Origin: Bacteroidales bacterium
GTDB taxonomy: Bacteria > Bacteroidota > Bacteroidia > Bacteroidales > UBA10428
Direction: 5' to 3'
NCBI GenBank assembly: GCA_016936215.1
Contig: JAFGPL010000111.1
Coordinates: 12,459 to 76,458 of the forward strand
Length of the DNA stretch: 64,000 nucleotides
Position 1 is the stretch's first letter; the number at the start of each line of letters is the position of its first letter. A program made the translations under genes and the position numbers. The notes beneath the pieces were generated by a model, which did no database searches, was not told the DNA's origin, and saw only the letters and a program-made list of their open reading frames with translations. Shown here piece by piece: positions 48,557-58,165 of this stretch.

Positions 48557-48979
48557 CTATTTTGTATACATTTTTACTTTCCTTACCTTATTATCTGTTT
48601 CTTCAATGATCACCTTACAGGTGTCCTCAGGCAGCAATTCTTCGGCAAGTTCAGGCCATTCAATAAAAAGAATGGCATCACCATAAAAATAGTCTTCGTA
48701 ACCGATGTCAAATAATTCTTCTATTGACTTAATGCGATAAAGGTCAAAATGATATATAATTTCTCCTGTATTTGTACTATACTCATTAATAAGGGCAAAC
48801 GAAGGGCTGTTTAAAATATCTTCCGCCCCCAGTTGCCTGCATATTTCGGTGATAAAGGTTGTTTTGCCCGATCCCATTTTTCCATAAAATGCAAACCTGC
48901 GATAACCCCTGGCAAGTTCATTAAACTGCTTTGCAACAGCGGGCAAATCATGGAGTGATTTAATAAAAAGTGTTTCCAT
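48557..48979 (-). CDS. tsaE: tRNA t6A37 biosynthesis ATPase TsaE
   Basis: 140 aa. P-loop GKMGSGKTT. SPSFALINEY and HFDLYR motifs typical of YjeE/TsaE. Confidence 0.85.
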   Translation of the reverse strand: METLFIKSLHDLPAVAKQFNELARGYRRFAFYGKMGSGKTTFITEICRQLGAEDILNSPSFALINEYSTNTGEIIYHFDLYRIKSIEELFDIGYEDYFYGDAILFIEWPELAEELLPEDTCKVIIEETDNKVRKVKMYTK

Positions 48980-48984
48980 CCGGG

Positions 48985-50547
48985 TTACGACAGGTTTTTA
49001 GGAATCATGGTAATAATGGGCACAAGCATTTCTTCGAGCGAGACACCGCCATGCTGGAAAGTACTTTTATAATAATTAGCGTAATAATTGTAGTTATTCG
49101 GATAAACCAGAAAATCAGACTGCATGGCAAAGATATATTTTGATGAAACATTTGATTTAGGCAGATGTGCCTCGAACGGGTTTTTAACTTCAAATACTTC
49201 TTTTGGATTATAGTTAAGGTTTCTGCCCATTTTGTAGCGCAGGTTCACCGAAGTCTTTTTATCGCCAATTACTTTCACGGGATTATTGACCCTGAGGCTG
49301 CCGTGATCGGTGGTAATGATAACCTTGTAATTCTTTTCCGACAATAATTTCAGAAAGTCGTGCAGGTGTGAATGCTGAAACCATGTATGCGTCAAGGCCC
49401 TGTATGCTGACTCGTTGCCTGCAAGTTCGCGTATCATTTCCATCTCGGTATTGGCATGTGAAAGCATGTCAATAAAATTGTAAACCACAACCACAAAATT
49501 ATAATTCAGCAGGTCTGAAAAATTGTCTACCAGCTTTTTCCCGGCTTTGGAATTCAGGATTTTTTCATACCGAAACCTGTACTTTTTTCCAAGCCTTGCT
49601 ATTTGTTTCAGTAAAAGCTCCTCTTCGTTCATGTTCTTGGCTCCTTCTTCATCATCGTTGAGCCATAGCGAAGGATTAAGGTCCTGGATTTCTTTGGGCA
49701 TTAAACCGGCAAACATTGAGTTTCTGGCATATTGCGTAGCTGTTGGAATAATGCTGCAAAACAACTCATCAGATTCCGTGACAAAATATTCACTTACTAT
49801 CGGGTATATAGTCCTCCACTGGTCATACCGGAGGTTATCAATAAGAATAACCATCGCTTTCCCGCCACTGTCAATAACCGGAAAAACCTTTTCCCTGAAT
49901 ACATTTGGCGACATTAAGGGTTTATTCTGCAGGTTTTTTCCAAACCAAGTAAGGTAATTATTCCTGATGAATTTCGAAAAACCCAGGTTGGCTTCAGATT
50001 TCTGCATCTCCAGAATCTCTGTCATGCCTTGTTCATTCAGCTTCTCAAGTTCCAGCTCCCAAAAAACAATTTTGCGGTAGATTTCTTCCCAGTCTTTATA
50101 AGTCCTGGCAGAGTTTATGAGCAGGCTAATCTTGCTGAATTCCGACTGATACGCCGATGTAGTTTCCTTTGAAACCAGTTTTTTGGTATCAATATTTTTC
50201 TTTATTGCCAGCAAAATCTGGTTGGGGTTTACAGGTTTAATAAGGTAATCGGCTATTTTAGACCCTATGGCGGCATCCATTATATTTTCTTCCTCGCTTT
50301 TCGTAATCATGATCACCGGTACTGTTGAAACCTCGGCCTTGATAAGGTTGAGCGTTTCAAGCCCGCTTAGCCCCGGCATATTCTCATCGAGAAAAATCAG
50401 GTCGAAATGATTATTTTTCACAAGGTCAACGGCATCATATCCGTTGCTCGAGGTAAGTATATCATAGCCTTTCTCCTGTAAAAAAATAACATATGGCTTT
50501 AAAAGGTCTATTTCATCGTCTGTCCAGAGTATTTTTATTTTTCTCAT
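48985..50547 (-). CDS. porX: PorX-type response regulator: CheY receiver fused to a PglZ/alkaline-phosphatase-superfamily domain
   Basis: Receiver motifs (ILWTDDE, LIFLDENMPGLSG, DYLIKP) followed by a ~380-aa PglZ-like domain (IDMLSHA, TTDHGS). 520 aa matches the PorX architecture. Confidence 0.85.
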   Translation of the reverse strand: MRKIKILWTDDEIDLLKPYVIFLQEKGYDILTSSNGYDAVDLVKNNHFDLIFLDENMPGLSGLETLNLIKAEVSTVPVIMITKSEEENIMDAAIGSKIADYLIKPVNPNQILLAIKKNIDTKKLVSKETTSAYQSEFSKISLLINSARTYKDWEEIYRKIVFWELELEKLNEQGMTEILEMQKSEANLGFSKFIRNNYLTWFGKNLQNKPLMSPNVFREKVFPVIDSGGKAMVILIDNLRYDQWRTIYPIVSEYFVTESDELFCSIIPTATQYARNSMFAGLMPKEIQDLNPSLWLNDDEEGAKNMNEEELLLKQIARLGKKYRFRYEKILNSKAGKKLVDNFSDLLNYNFVVVVYNFIDMLSHANTEMEMIRELAGNESAYRALTHTWFQHSHLHDFLKLLSEKNYKVIITTDHGSLRVNNPVKVIGDKKTSVNLRYKMGRNLNYNPKEVFEVKNPFEAHLPKSNVSSKYIFAMQSDFLVYPNNYNYYANYYKSTFQHGGVSLEEMLVPIITMIPKNLS

Positions 50548-50586
50548 AACAATCCTTCTACATAAGCGGTTAAAAATTTCAAAATG

Positions 50587-53247
50587 CTAACGATAGTTTT
50601 CTTTAAAAAACATCAGGTACCTTCCGGCCAGCTTATCAGTTTTCAGTATTTCAAGGTTAGATGCTGAAATGGCAAACATGATAATGCTTTCAGACTCGAT
50701 ATCATTGAAAATAGCCTTATTGGCCATTACCTGGGTGTAATATTCCATTGACTGGCTTTTATCCTTAAATTGCCGGACTGTTAAAAGAGACTGTTCATTA
50801 TTTAATTCGATATTCTCAATTTTTAGGTTGAGGGCATCAAAATAATCGAGATTGAAATTTATAATATTAAAAATAAATTGATTAATGTTCTGACCTTTAG
50901 GCACTACGAATGCAAAATAGTGAACTGTGCTGTCGCTGGCTTCGTATAATTTCAGTGCAATTTCCTTATCCTCTTCAGCCTTCATCTCCGGCTTTTCTTT
51001 ATCAAGATAAGATACAATGTTTTTTGCATTTTCAGATACTTCGGTCCCGGGGAATCTGGCAATAATTTCCAGAAGATTTTCCCTGAATGTTTTAATATCC
51101 TGTGTCCTTCCTGTGCTCAACGCTTTAAGATATGCAAATTGCGGAACCAGGATATCATCGGGAAAACTGGCAAGTGCATGGTCGCAACGTGCAATAACCT
51201 CGTCGAAATTATTTCTCAGATAAAGATCATATGTTTGAGTGTAATAGTTCTTTACCTTGTTTTCCTCCTGCTCCAGTTCTTTGATATAATCAGGATTTGT
51301 AAGCATTTTAGCATAGGTACTGTTTGGATATAGCTCAATGATTTTTGCTTTGTATAACTCTGACAAAGCAGTATTGTTTTGCAGTTTGTACATTGAGTAA
51401 AGGTTGTAATATGCCCGCAACGCGTTTTCAGAAGCGGGATATCTCTTTATTAATTCTTTGAATGATTCAGCGGCTTTTTCTGTATCTTTCAGGTCATTTT
51501 TATAAATCAGCCCCATGTTGTAAAGCGCCTGTTCAATTTTCCGGTGAGATTCGGTGAGCATCGAATCATTTGCCGGAATATCTTTCAGGTAAAATTCCCT
51601 TGTTTTATTGCTTAGCTTTGCATTTTCACTCACCTCGCTGTCGGTTATAAACTCGGAGTCGCCGGTTGGGGAGATAAAATTCGCAGCCGTGGATGCCTTT
51701 TCTCCTCTCCGCCAGTTGTCTTCGAGCCTGCGGTTACCCCATTTTAGCATAAACTCTTTATATCCAAGGCTTTTGGCTGTTTCGTTGTAAAAATACCACT
51801 TACCTCCCGAAGCAGCAGCCCCGGTTGCAGCCTGCCCTGTTGAAGCCATTTCGCGACCGAACTGCGCGTCAAGTTGCCTTTGTTGTTCAAGGCGGCTTTG
51901 CTCCTGTTCCTGTTTTCTAAGGTCGTTAATGATGTTGTCAATAAAGGCCAGTAAATCCTTCTCCTCCAGTTTGGCAAGTTTTTGAACGCTGTCCTGAAGT
52001 TGTACAGTGTTGATTTGTTTAACAAGGTTTGTAAGGTTTTTTGATTTGGCATAAACAAGGTCATAACCCGGATAATCAACATTGAGCTGTAATACGGCAC
52101 TATCGTAAAAAGCCTGGGCATTAACATAATCAGGCATTTCATAATAAATATCGGCAATTGTGAGATATGACCGAGCCTTTTGATCTTTATTGGTGGTATT
52201 GTATGCAACAGAGTATCTGTATTGTTCAAGCGCTTTTGGCGTATTGCCCTCTTTTATCGCGAGGTTGCCAAGAGCATAGTAAATCTGGTCCAGGTAATCA
52301 ATATTTTTATCGTCCCTGAGCATTTTCACCAATTGATTTTCAATATCCTTAACCTGTCCGAAACCTTTTTCATATGCAAGGGCCAGCGATATCTGTGCGT
52401 TGAATGCCATTTCATAAGGAGGGTTCATTTTAATAACCTTCCGGTAATACTCCGAAGCTTTTTTCAGCTTACCGGTACGTTCATTTATCTGGGCAAGAAT
52501 ATAAGTATACCGTACTTTTATTTTTTTAACCTTCTCGTATTGCAGGGCTTTTTCAAGATAAGGCACTGCCGCATCAAGTTCCTTTTGTTTGATATGAAAA
52601 TCGGCAATTGTAGGGTATAATAGTCTTTTAAGGTAATTCGAAAGCTTTTCCTGTGTCTCAAGGGCATGAAGTATTTCTCTGGAATTATTAAACTCGTTCA
52701 AATGGTTGTATATCCTTGCAAGCCATATTCTTGTTTCCAACAGGGTTTTTTCTGATTTATATTCATTAAGTATAAACAAAAAAGTCTCTTTTGCTTTATC
52801 AAATTCGTGTTTGTAAAACTGGGCCTTGCCCATAAGGAGGTAATTATTGTCCACCCATTTGTTATACTCTTTTTTACTGAGAAATTCACGCTGGTCCTCA
52901 GACAAAGGCTTGTTGGTCTTAATTTCAGGTTTCACGGTTATTGAATGCATGCTCACCAGCTTCTCTGCTTTTTTGATTGCACGGTCCATATCAGCACTTA
53001 TGGTTCCTGAAATGCTTTTGTCTTCGTATAAAAAAACAGGGAGCAACTCTGAATAATCATCTTTACCACTTTCAATGATTGTTTTTTCACCTTTTTTAAG
53101 ACTCTCGGTACCATTGAAAAGTACATTGTATTTAGAGGTTATATTATGATAAGTCCTTGTAACAAAAGTGTTTTTCTGGGTTGTACAGCTTACAAGTGTT
53201 ATACCCAGGGCAATAAAAACTATGTATATTTTTTTTCTGACTTTCAA
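50587..53247 (-). CDS. sprE: TPR lipoprotein SprE/PorW (T9SS component)
   Basis: Lipoprotein signal MKVRKKIYIVFIALGITLVSC, followed by ..QKNTFVTRTYHNITSKYNVLFNG, the conserved SprE/PorW N-terminal box. Multiple TPR-like repeats, 886 aa. The start codon is TTG (plus-strand CAA at 53245-53247), and there is no in-frame ATG for another 86 codons. Confidence 0.75.
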   Translation of the reverse strand: MKVRKKIYIVFIALGITLVSCTTQKNTFVTRTYHNITSKYNVLFNGTESLKKGEKTIIESGKDDYSELLPVFLYEDKSISGTISADMDRAIKKAEKLVSMHSITVKPEIKTNKPLSEDQREFLSKKEYNKWVDNNYLLMGKAQFYKHEFDKAKETFLFILNEYKSEKTLLETRIWLARIYNHLNEFNNSREILHALETQEKLSNYLKRLLYPTIADFHIKQKELDAAVPYLEKALQYEKVKKIKVRYTYILAQINERTGKLKKASEYYRKVIKMNPPYEMAFNAQISLALAYEKGFGQVKDIENQLVKMLRDDKNIDYLDQIYYALGNLAIKEGNTPKALEQYRYSVAYNTTNKDQKARSYLTIADIYYEMPDYVNAQAFYDSAVLQLNVDYPGYDLVYAKSKNLTNLVKQINTVQLQDSVQKLAKLEEKDLLAFIDNIINDLRKQEQEQSRLEQQRQLDAQFGREMASTGQAATGAAASGGKWYFYNETAKSLGYKEFMLKWGNRRLEDNWRRGEKASTAANFISPTGDSEFITDSEVSENAKLSNKTREFYLKDIPANDSMLTESHRKIEQALYNMGLIYKNDLKDTEKAAESFKELIKRYPASENALRAYYNLYSMYKLQNNTALSELYKAKIIELYPNSTYAKMLTNPDYIKELEQEENKVKNYYTQTYDLYLRNNFDEVIARCDHALASFPDDILVPQFAYLKALSTGRTQDIKTFRENLLEIIARFPGTEVSENAKNIVSYLDKEKPEMKAEEDKEIALKLYEASDSTVHYFAFVVPKGQNINQFIFNIINFNLDYFDALNLKIENIELNNEQSLLTVRQFKDKSQSMEYYTQVMANKAIFNDIESESIIMFAISASNLEILKTDKLAGRYLMFFKENYR

Positions 53248-53386
53248 TGATTTTGAATATTTCTGTTATAACTGCAAATTTTAAAACATATTTTATGTAA
53301 CGCAAATTTTTTATGGTTTAGCCTGTAAATATTTATCATGGTACTGGTTTATTTTATTGCTATGCACCGGTTAAACACCCCCGTGT

Positions 53387-54007
53387 TCAGCTTATTACCA
53401 TACATCCGATTTTTTCCGGATGATCCTGTACCAGCAGGTTTTTATCAAGTTTTCTAATCAACCACAGCACCATGAAATCACCACTTGCTGCCCAAAGAAA
53501 GAAGACCCCGAAAAGAAACATCATTGTTTTTCCGGTAAAAAGCGACAATATGACAGGAACAAGCCCCAGAATGATTCCGGGCATAATGGTGCCAATTCGG
53601 TAGACACTTATTTTTAATGGTTCGGTGCAATGGATGTAAGGGGAAAAATCTGTTTTACTAAACCCAAACTTAAAGGATTTTATCCCCTTTTTTGTAAAAG
53701 CAACCCAGGAAAGTGCATGAATTAATTCGTGCATTAAAGCCCCGGCTATAATCAGCAATGATGCAAAGAAAATGTCTTTTAGTATATCAATGTAAAAGAA
53801 AACTGAATCCCAGTTATTTTTAAATTTAACAAAGAATAACCCTGCGAAATTCATAACAGATTTTTTCCAGATTAGTATGTAGGGAGTTCCTAAAAAAAGG
53901 ATAATTAGTGTAAGTACCAGCAGAGAAAACGCGTAAACCTGCATGATACCGGAGGTATATTCTTTTTTTAAAGATGATGCGCCCGTCATGTAATCAATCC
54001 ACTGCAA
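53387..54007 (-). CDS. Membrane protein with an HExxH motif (DUF3267-like putative zincin)
   Basis: Several TM helices. HELIHAL motif inside a membrane-proximal segment. Overlaps the upstream NifU-like gene by 14 nt. Confidence 0.6.
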   Translation of the reverse strand: MQWIDYMTGASSLKKEYTSGIMQVYAFSLLVLTLIILFLGTPYILIWKKSVMNFAGLFFVKFKNNWDSVFFYIDILKDIFFASLLIIAGALMHELIHALSWVAFTKKGIKSFKFGFSKTDFSPYIHCTEPLKISVYRIGTIMPGIILGLVPVILSLFTGKTMMFLFGVFFLWAASGDFMVLWLIRKLDKNLLVQDHPEKIGCMVIS

Positions 54008-54242
54008 CCAATTCCTTTAGCTGGGGAAGTTTTTTTCTAACGGCCTGTTCGATCCCGGCTTTTAGCGTCATTACGCTAAACGGGCATCCGTGGCAGGCCC
54101 CTGTAAGTCTTACTTTTACTACCAAATCGCTGGTAATTTCAACAAGCTCAACATCTCCCCCATCGGCTAAAAGGTATGGCCTAACCGTTTCAATGGCAGC
54201 CTTAACAGTATTAAATATCTCTTTTTTTTCAGGAGCATTCAT
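53994..54242 (-). CDS. NifU C-terminal-domain (Nfu-type) Fe-S cluster carrier
   Basis: 82 aa. GACHGCP CxxC motif. VRPYLLADGGDVELV. Confidence 0.85.
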   Translation of the reverse strand: MNAPEKKEIFNTVKAAIETVRPYLLADGGDVELVEITSDLVVKVRLTGACHGCPFSVMTLKAGIEQAVRKKLPQLKELVAVD

Positions 54243-54256
54243 GCTGTTGTTTATTA

Positions 54257-55366
54257 TTAATGTTTTTTCCCATGGGTGATCAAAACTTTTTCGGTTGGGT
54301 TTAATTCGGTGTTACGCTTTGTTACCTGCATCACCAGGTTATCTGCAATTGTTTTAAAAGCCCCGCTTACCAGGTCGTTTTTCAAAACAGATGGTACCCC
54401 TGTATCACCGGCCTCCATAATGCTTTGCACGATGGGTATCTGTCCGAGGAATGGAACGTTGAGTTTTGCAGCAAGATTTTTACATCCGTCACGTCCGAAA
54501 AGGTAGTATTTTTTATCTGGCAGCTCATCGGGCGTAAACCAAGACATATTCTCGATAAGACCCAGCACCGGGACATTGATATTCTCGTTGGCAAACATAT
54601 TGATACCTTTTATGGCATCTGCAAGGGCAACATTTTGCGGGGTACTGACAATCACTGCCCCTGTAACAGGAACTGTCTGGACAAGTGTAAGGTGTATATC
54701 GCTGGTGCCCGGCGGAAGGTCAATAAACATATAGTCAAGCTCGCCCCAATCAGCATCTGTCATCAATTGCTTTAAGGCATTAGAAGCCAGCGGTCCTCTC
54801 CAGATAGTGGCATCTTCAGGATCTACAAAGAAACCTATGGACAAAACCTTTACACCATATTTTTCAACAGGGATAATCATATCGCGGCCATTCACATTGC
54901 GGGCATAAGGCTTGGAATCTTCTGACTGGAGCATTTTGGGTATTGATGGCCCAAAAATATCGGCATCAATTAAACCGGTGCGAAAACCAGCCTTGGCAAA
55001 TGCAACGGCAAGGTTAACGGCAACAGTAGATTTGCCGACACCCCCTTTCCCCGAAGCTACTGCTACAATATTTTTTACCGAAGAAAGTATCTCAGGAGCA
55101 GGGTTTTTGGGTGGGGTTTTCTGATCCTGGTTTAAGTCAACCTCAATTTCGGCCCCCTGGAATTTCTCTTTTAAGATTGTCTCGCATGCCCTTTTAATAG
55201 AGTTTTTTAAAGGATCATTAGGGTTTTCAAATTTTAGTTCAATAACAATTTTGTTGTCTTTAACAATTACATTTTTAACTATACCCGTCTCAACTATGCT
55301 TTTTCCGCTGGCAGGATGGATAACCTGCTGCAGGATATCTCTGACCTGGTTCTCACTGATCGTCAT
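54257..55366 (-). CDS. apbC: Mrp/NBP35/ApbC-family Fe-S cluster carrier ATPase
   Basis: N-terminal DUF59-like domain. Deviant Walker A SGKGGVGKST. DYMFIDLPPGTSD. Confidence 0.88.
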   Translation of the reverse strand: MTISENQVRDILQQVIHPASGKSIVETGIVKNVIVKDNKIVIELKFENPNDPLKNSIKRACETILKEKFQGAEIEVDLNQDQKTPPKNPAPEILSSVKNIVAVASGKGGVGKSTVAVNLAVAFAKAGFRTGLIDADIFGPSIPKMLQSEDSKPYARNVNGRDMIIPVEKYGVKVLSIGFFVDPEDATIWRGPLASNALKQLMTDADWGELDYMFIDLPPGTSDIHLTLVQTVPVTGAVIVSTPQNVALADAIKGINMFANENINVPVLGLIENMSWFTPDELPDKKYYLFGRDGCKNLAAKLNVPFLGQIPIVQSIMEAGDTGVPSVLKNDLVSGAFKTIADNLVMQVTKRNTELNPTEKVLITHGKKH

Positions 55367-55423
55367 ATAACTTATCTTGTTGAATTATTTATTCGCCTGC
55401 AAATATAGCGATTTTATTCTTAT

Positions 55424-55756
55424 TTAGACCAATTCTTTATTAGGGTCCCAGAAGTGTACTTTAAAATTAATTACACAATCATCAATAACTTTTACACCTT
55501 CGTTTTCAAGAAGTTCCTGCATCAGCCCCTCATGCCTGAAATGATGTTTGCCTGTAAGTAAACCATTTCGGTTTACAACACGGTGGGCAGGTACAAATCT
55601 TTCCTGGCTATGAGATGAGTTGAGCGCCCAGCCTACCATACGCGATGACTGGGGTGACCCCAGGTACCGTGCAATTGCACCGTATGATGTAACCCTGCCG
55701 GGGGGGATTTTGCGGGTGACATCGTAAACCATTTCAAAAAAATTATTGTCACTCAT
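55424..55756 (-). CDS. Alkyltransferase-like (ATL) protein: MGMT DNA-binding domain with the active-site Cys replaced by Ala
   Basis: 110 aa. IPPGRVTSYGAIA, and PAHRVV in place of the PCHRV alkyl-acceptor motif. Confidence 0.8.
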   Translation of the reverse strand: MSDNNFFEMVYDVTRKIPPGRVTSYGAIARYLGSPQSSRMVGWALNSSHSQERFVPAHRVVNRNGLLTGKHHFRHEGLMQELLENEGVKVIDDCVINFKVHFWDPNKELV

Positions 55757-56447
55757 CTTCAGGAGGTTCGAGAATTTTGGTGCCGGACGGAAGCAGAAAC
55801 CTCAGATAGTTAATCTTTTTGCCCATTTCAAGATATTGGTTCTCATAGAATGTTTGTATCTGTGCGGCTTCACAACCTGCATTTGCGGCATAAAGGTCAT
55901 CGGTTTCGAATTCCAGCAACAGGTGGTTAAAAACAACAACCTTTCGGGTATAATTATACAAGTCCTCGTTATCGGTTTTGAGATGTACCCTTCCGTTATT
56001 TTTCAGAAAAGACCTGTACAGGTTCAGAAAGAAAGGAGAAGTAAGCCTTTTTCTTTTCTTTTTTGGCTGCGGGTCTGGAAAAGTGATCCATATTTCGCTT
56101 ATTTCGTCACTTTCAAAAAATGAACCCGAAAACTCTATTCTTGTGCGAAGAAAAGCCGCGTTGCCAATGTTTTCTTCAAGTGCGGTCCTGGCGCCACGCC
56201 AGATTCTTGCCCCTTTGATATCCACCCCGATAAAATTCAATTGTGGATACTTCCTGGCGAGGCCAACGGTAAATTCTCCTTTGCCGCAGCCGAGTTCCAG
56301 TGTCAACGGATGGTTATTCCCGAATATTTGCCCGGACCATTTACCCTTTAATGCATGATTTATCCCGAAAATGTCTTTAAATTCAGGCTGGAGAACATTA
56401 CTGAAAGTTTCCATTTCTGCAAAACGCGCAAGTTTCTTCTTGGGCAT
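55749..56447 (-). CDS. trmB: tRNA (guanine46-N7)-methyltransferase
   Basis: LELGCGKGEF SAM motif and FPDPQPKKKRKRL motif. The ATG at 56447 (MPKKKLARFAE...) avoids overlap with gldH. The track start at 56519 lies inside gldH. Confidence 0.85.
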   Translation of the reverse strand: MPKKKLARFAEMETFSNVLQPEFKDIFGINHALKGKWSGQIFGNNHPLTLELGCGKGEFTVGLARKYPQLNFIGVDIKGARIWRGARTALEENIGNAAFLRTRIEFSGSFFESDEISEIWITFPDPQPKKKRKRLTSPFFLNLYRSFLKNNGRVHLKTDNEDLYNYTRKVVVFNHLLLEFETDDLYAANAGCEAAQIQTFYENQYLEMGKKINYLRFLLPSGTKILEPPEDE

Positions 56448-56458
56448 AACGAGGTGAT

Positions 56459-56926
56459 TTATTTCAGAGCTTCTACCCTGATGCCAATATCGGTGACCCC
56501 TTCCAGGTTCTGGTCCCACATACCATGCTGCAGGTTAAAGGTATAAATACCCCTGAACGGGAATTTAATATTCTTTTTATAAGGAACCTGCAGGCTGTAA
56601 ATGCTTCCTGCACCTTTACCGTACCACCTTCCCGATTCATCTGCAAGTTGAATCCCGAAAGTGTCCTTTAACTGGTTTCCGTTAGGGGCGTATGTAGTGA
56701 TAAATAAATAAATATTGCTGTAAGGATATTCTGAAGATGTACGAATATTAAGGTAAATATCATGCGGACGAGTTGTATCGTCAATATTGGCATTAAAAAC
56801 CATAGTGTCGTTGTAGTTCCATGAGAAATCATTAAATGCCACATTTTTTTCAAACACTGCCCTATGTTTGCATGATACCAGGCAAAAAGCAATTGCTGTT
56901 ATCAAAAAAATACCTGTATTTCTCAT
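56459..56926 (-). CDS. gldH: Gliding motility lipoprotein GldH
   Basis: 155 aa. Lipobox FCLVSC. SSEYPYSNIYLF and GRWYGKG motifs. Located downstream of holB and the PSP1-domain gene, as described for Flavobacterium gldH. Confidence 0.8.
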   Translation of the reverse strand: MRNTGIFLITAIAFCLVSCKHRAVFEKNVAFNDFSWNYNDTMVFNANIDDTTRPHDIYLNIRTSSEYPYSNIYLFITTYAPNGNQLKDTFGIQLADESGRWYGKGAGSIYSLQVPYKKNIKFPFRGIYTFNLQHGMWDQNLEGVTDIGIRVEALK

Positions 56927-56939
56927 TAAAGTAAAGGGT

Positions 56940-58088
56940 TTATCTTCTTCTGTTTTTTTTATGTATATGCTTGTTTACTTTTTTCGGGGCATCGGCAATC
57001 TTATCCTCGAACCTGGTAAGGCTCTCCTCAGACCCAACATTCACATATTCAAGCATTGATTTTACATCAACATTTTCAACACTTTCAAGCTTTTTTACCT
57101 TTATGCCCTGTTTGTTGAGCCCGATAATTTCCTTTACTTTTTCAACCGACAGGCATGCAATATCCATCGGGGTATGCTGGTCGTATGAAAACCACATCAA
57201 CCGTCTGAAAACATCTGTTTTTTGATGGTAAGCAGGCCCTGCTTCTGTTTGCAGCGGTATATCGGTATCGGGGAAATCTTCCTGGGCATCAAGGTAGGCA
57301 TCTACCTCGTAGTTGAGACAGCATTTGAGTTTACCGCATTGCCCTGCAAGTTTTTGCGGATTAAGCGATACCCCCTGAAAACGGGCTGAATTTGTGGTTA
57401 CCGAAACAAAGTTCGAGATACAGGTAGAACAGCACAACTCACGGCCACAGGCACCAATACCGCCAATTCTTCCTGCTTCCTGCCTTGCACCGATTTGTTT
57501 CATCTCAATTCTTACATGAAAACACTCTGCAAGCTTTTTAATGAGTTCCCTGAAGTCTACCCTGTCATCGGCTATGTAATAAAAAATAGCTTTGGTGCCA
57601 TCACCCTGGTATTCAACATCGCCAATCTTCATATCAAGGTTAAGGCTTGAAGCAATTTTGCGCGACTCGATCATGGTGTTGTGCTCGGCAGCTATAGCTG
57701 CACGCCATTTATCAATATCGGTAGGTTTGGCCTTCCGGTAGATTTTTTTCATTTCGTTTTCATCCACCTTCAGGTTGGCTTTTTTCATCTGCTCCTTTAC
57801 AAGATGTCCTGTGAGTGATACGATGCCAATATCGTGGCCTGGGGATGATTCAACTGCCACTATGTCGCCCTCTTTCAGCTTTAGCGTGTTGTTGGTTTTA
57901 AAGTATCCTTTACGTGTGTTTTTAAAACGTACTTCAACTATGTCACAATGCTGAAAATCTTCAGGTATATCTTTAAGGTAATTATAAGTGTCAAGCTTGT
58001 AACAACCTGTATTTTCGCAGAATGTTATTTCGTTTGACCCGGTAACAAGGGATGAACACCCTCTTCCGTTTTGTCCGCATGTACTCAT
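56940..58088 (-). CDS. PSP1-domain protein (RicT/YaaT-like)
   Basis: Cys-rich N-terminus. PSP1 core (GDIVAVESSPGHDIGIVS, AIFYYIADDRVDFRELIK, RIEMKQIGARQEAG, CGKLKCCLNYE). Confidence 0.85.
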   Translation of the reverse strand: MSTCGQNGRGCSSLVTGSNEITFCENTGCYKLDTYNYLKDIPEDFQHCDIVEVRFKNTRKGYFKTNNTLKLKEGDIVAVESSPGHDIGIVSLTGHLVKEQMKKANLKVDENEMKKIYRKAKPTDIDKWRAAIAAEHNTMIESRKIASSLNLDMKIGDVEYQGDGTKAIFYYIADDRVDFRELIKKLAECFHVRIEMKQIGARQEAGRIGGIGACGRELCCSTCISNFVSVTTNSARFQGVSLNPQKLAGQCGKLKCCLNYEVDAYLDAQEDFPDTDIPLQTEAGPAYHQKTDVFRRLMWFSYDQHTPMDIACLSVEKVKEIIGLNKQGIKVKKLESVENVDVKSMLEYVNVGSEESLTRFEDKIADAPKKVNKHIHKKNRRR

Positions 58089-58165
58089 TGTATATTATGT
58101 TTATCCGCCGCCTTGAAATACTTTGCAATTACGCCGGTTTGCAAAAATAACCATTTTTTCGATAT

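Noticed and set aside
48985-50547. PglZ domain as a possible BREX or other phage-defence marker
   Set aside because: The PglZ domain is fused to a CheY receiver in the 520-aa PorX architecture and sits next to sprE/porW. No BREX partners (methyltransferase, BrxC, BrxL, etc.) are present.
56448-56519. N-terminal extension of trmB into gldH
   Set aside because: The extension overlaps the gldH 3' end. The ATG at 56447 (MPKKKLARFAE) matches the usual TrmB N-terminus and leaves an 11-nt gap.
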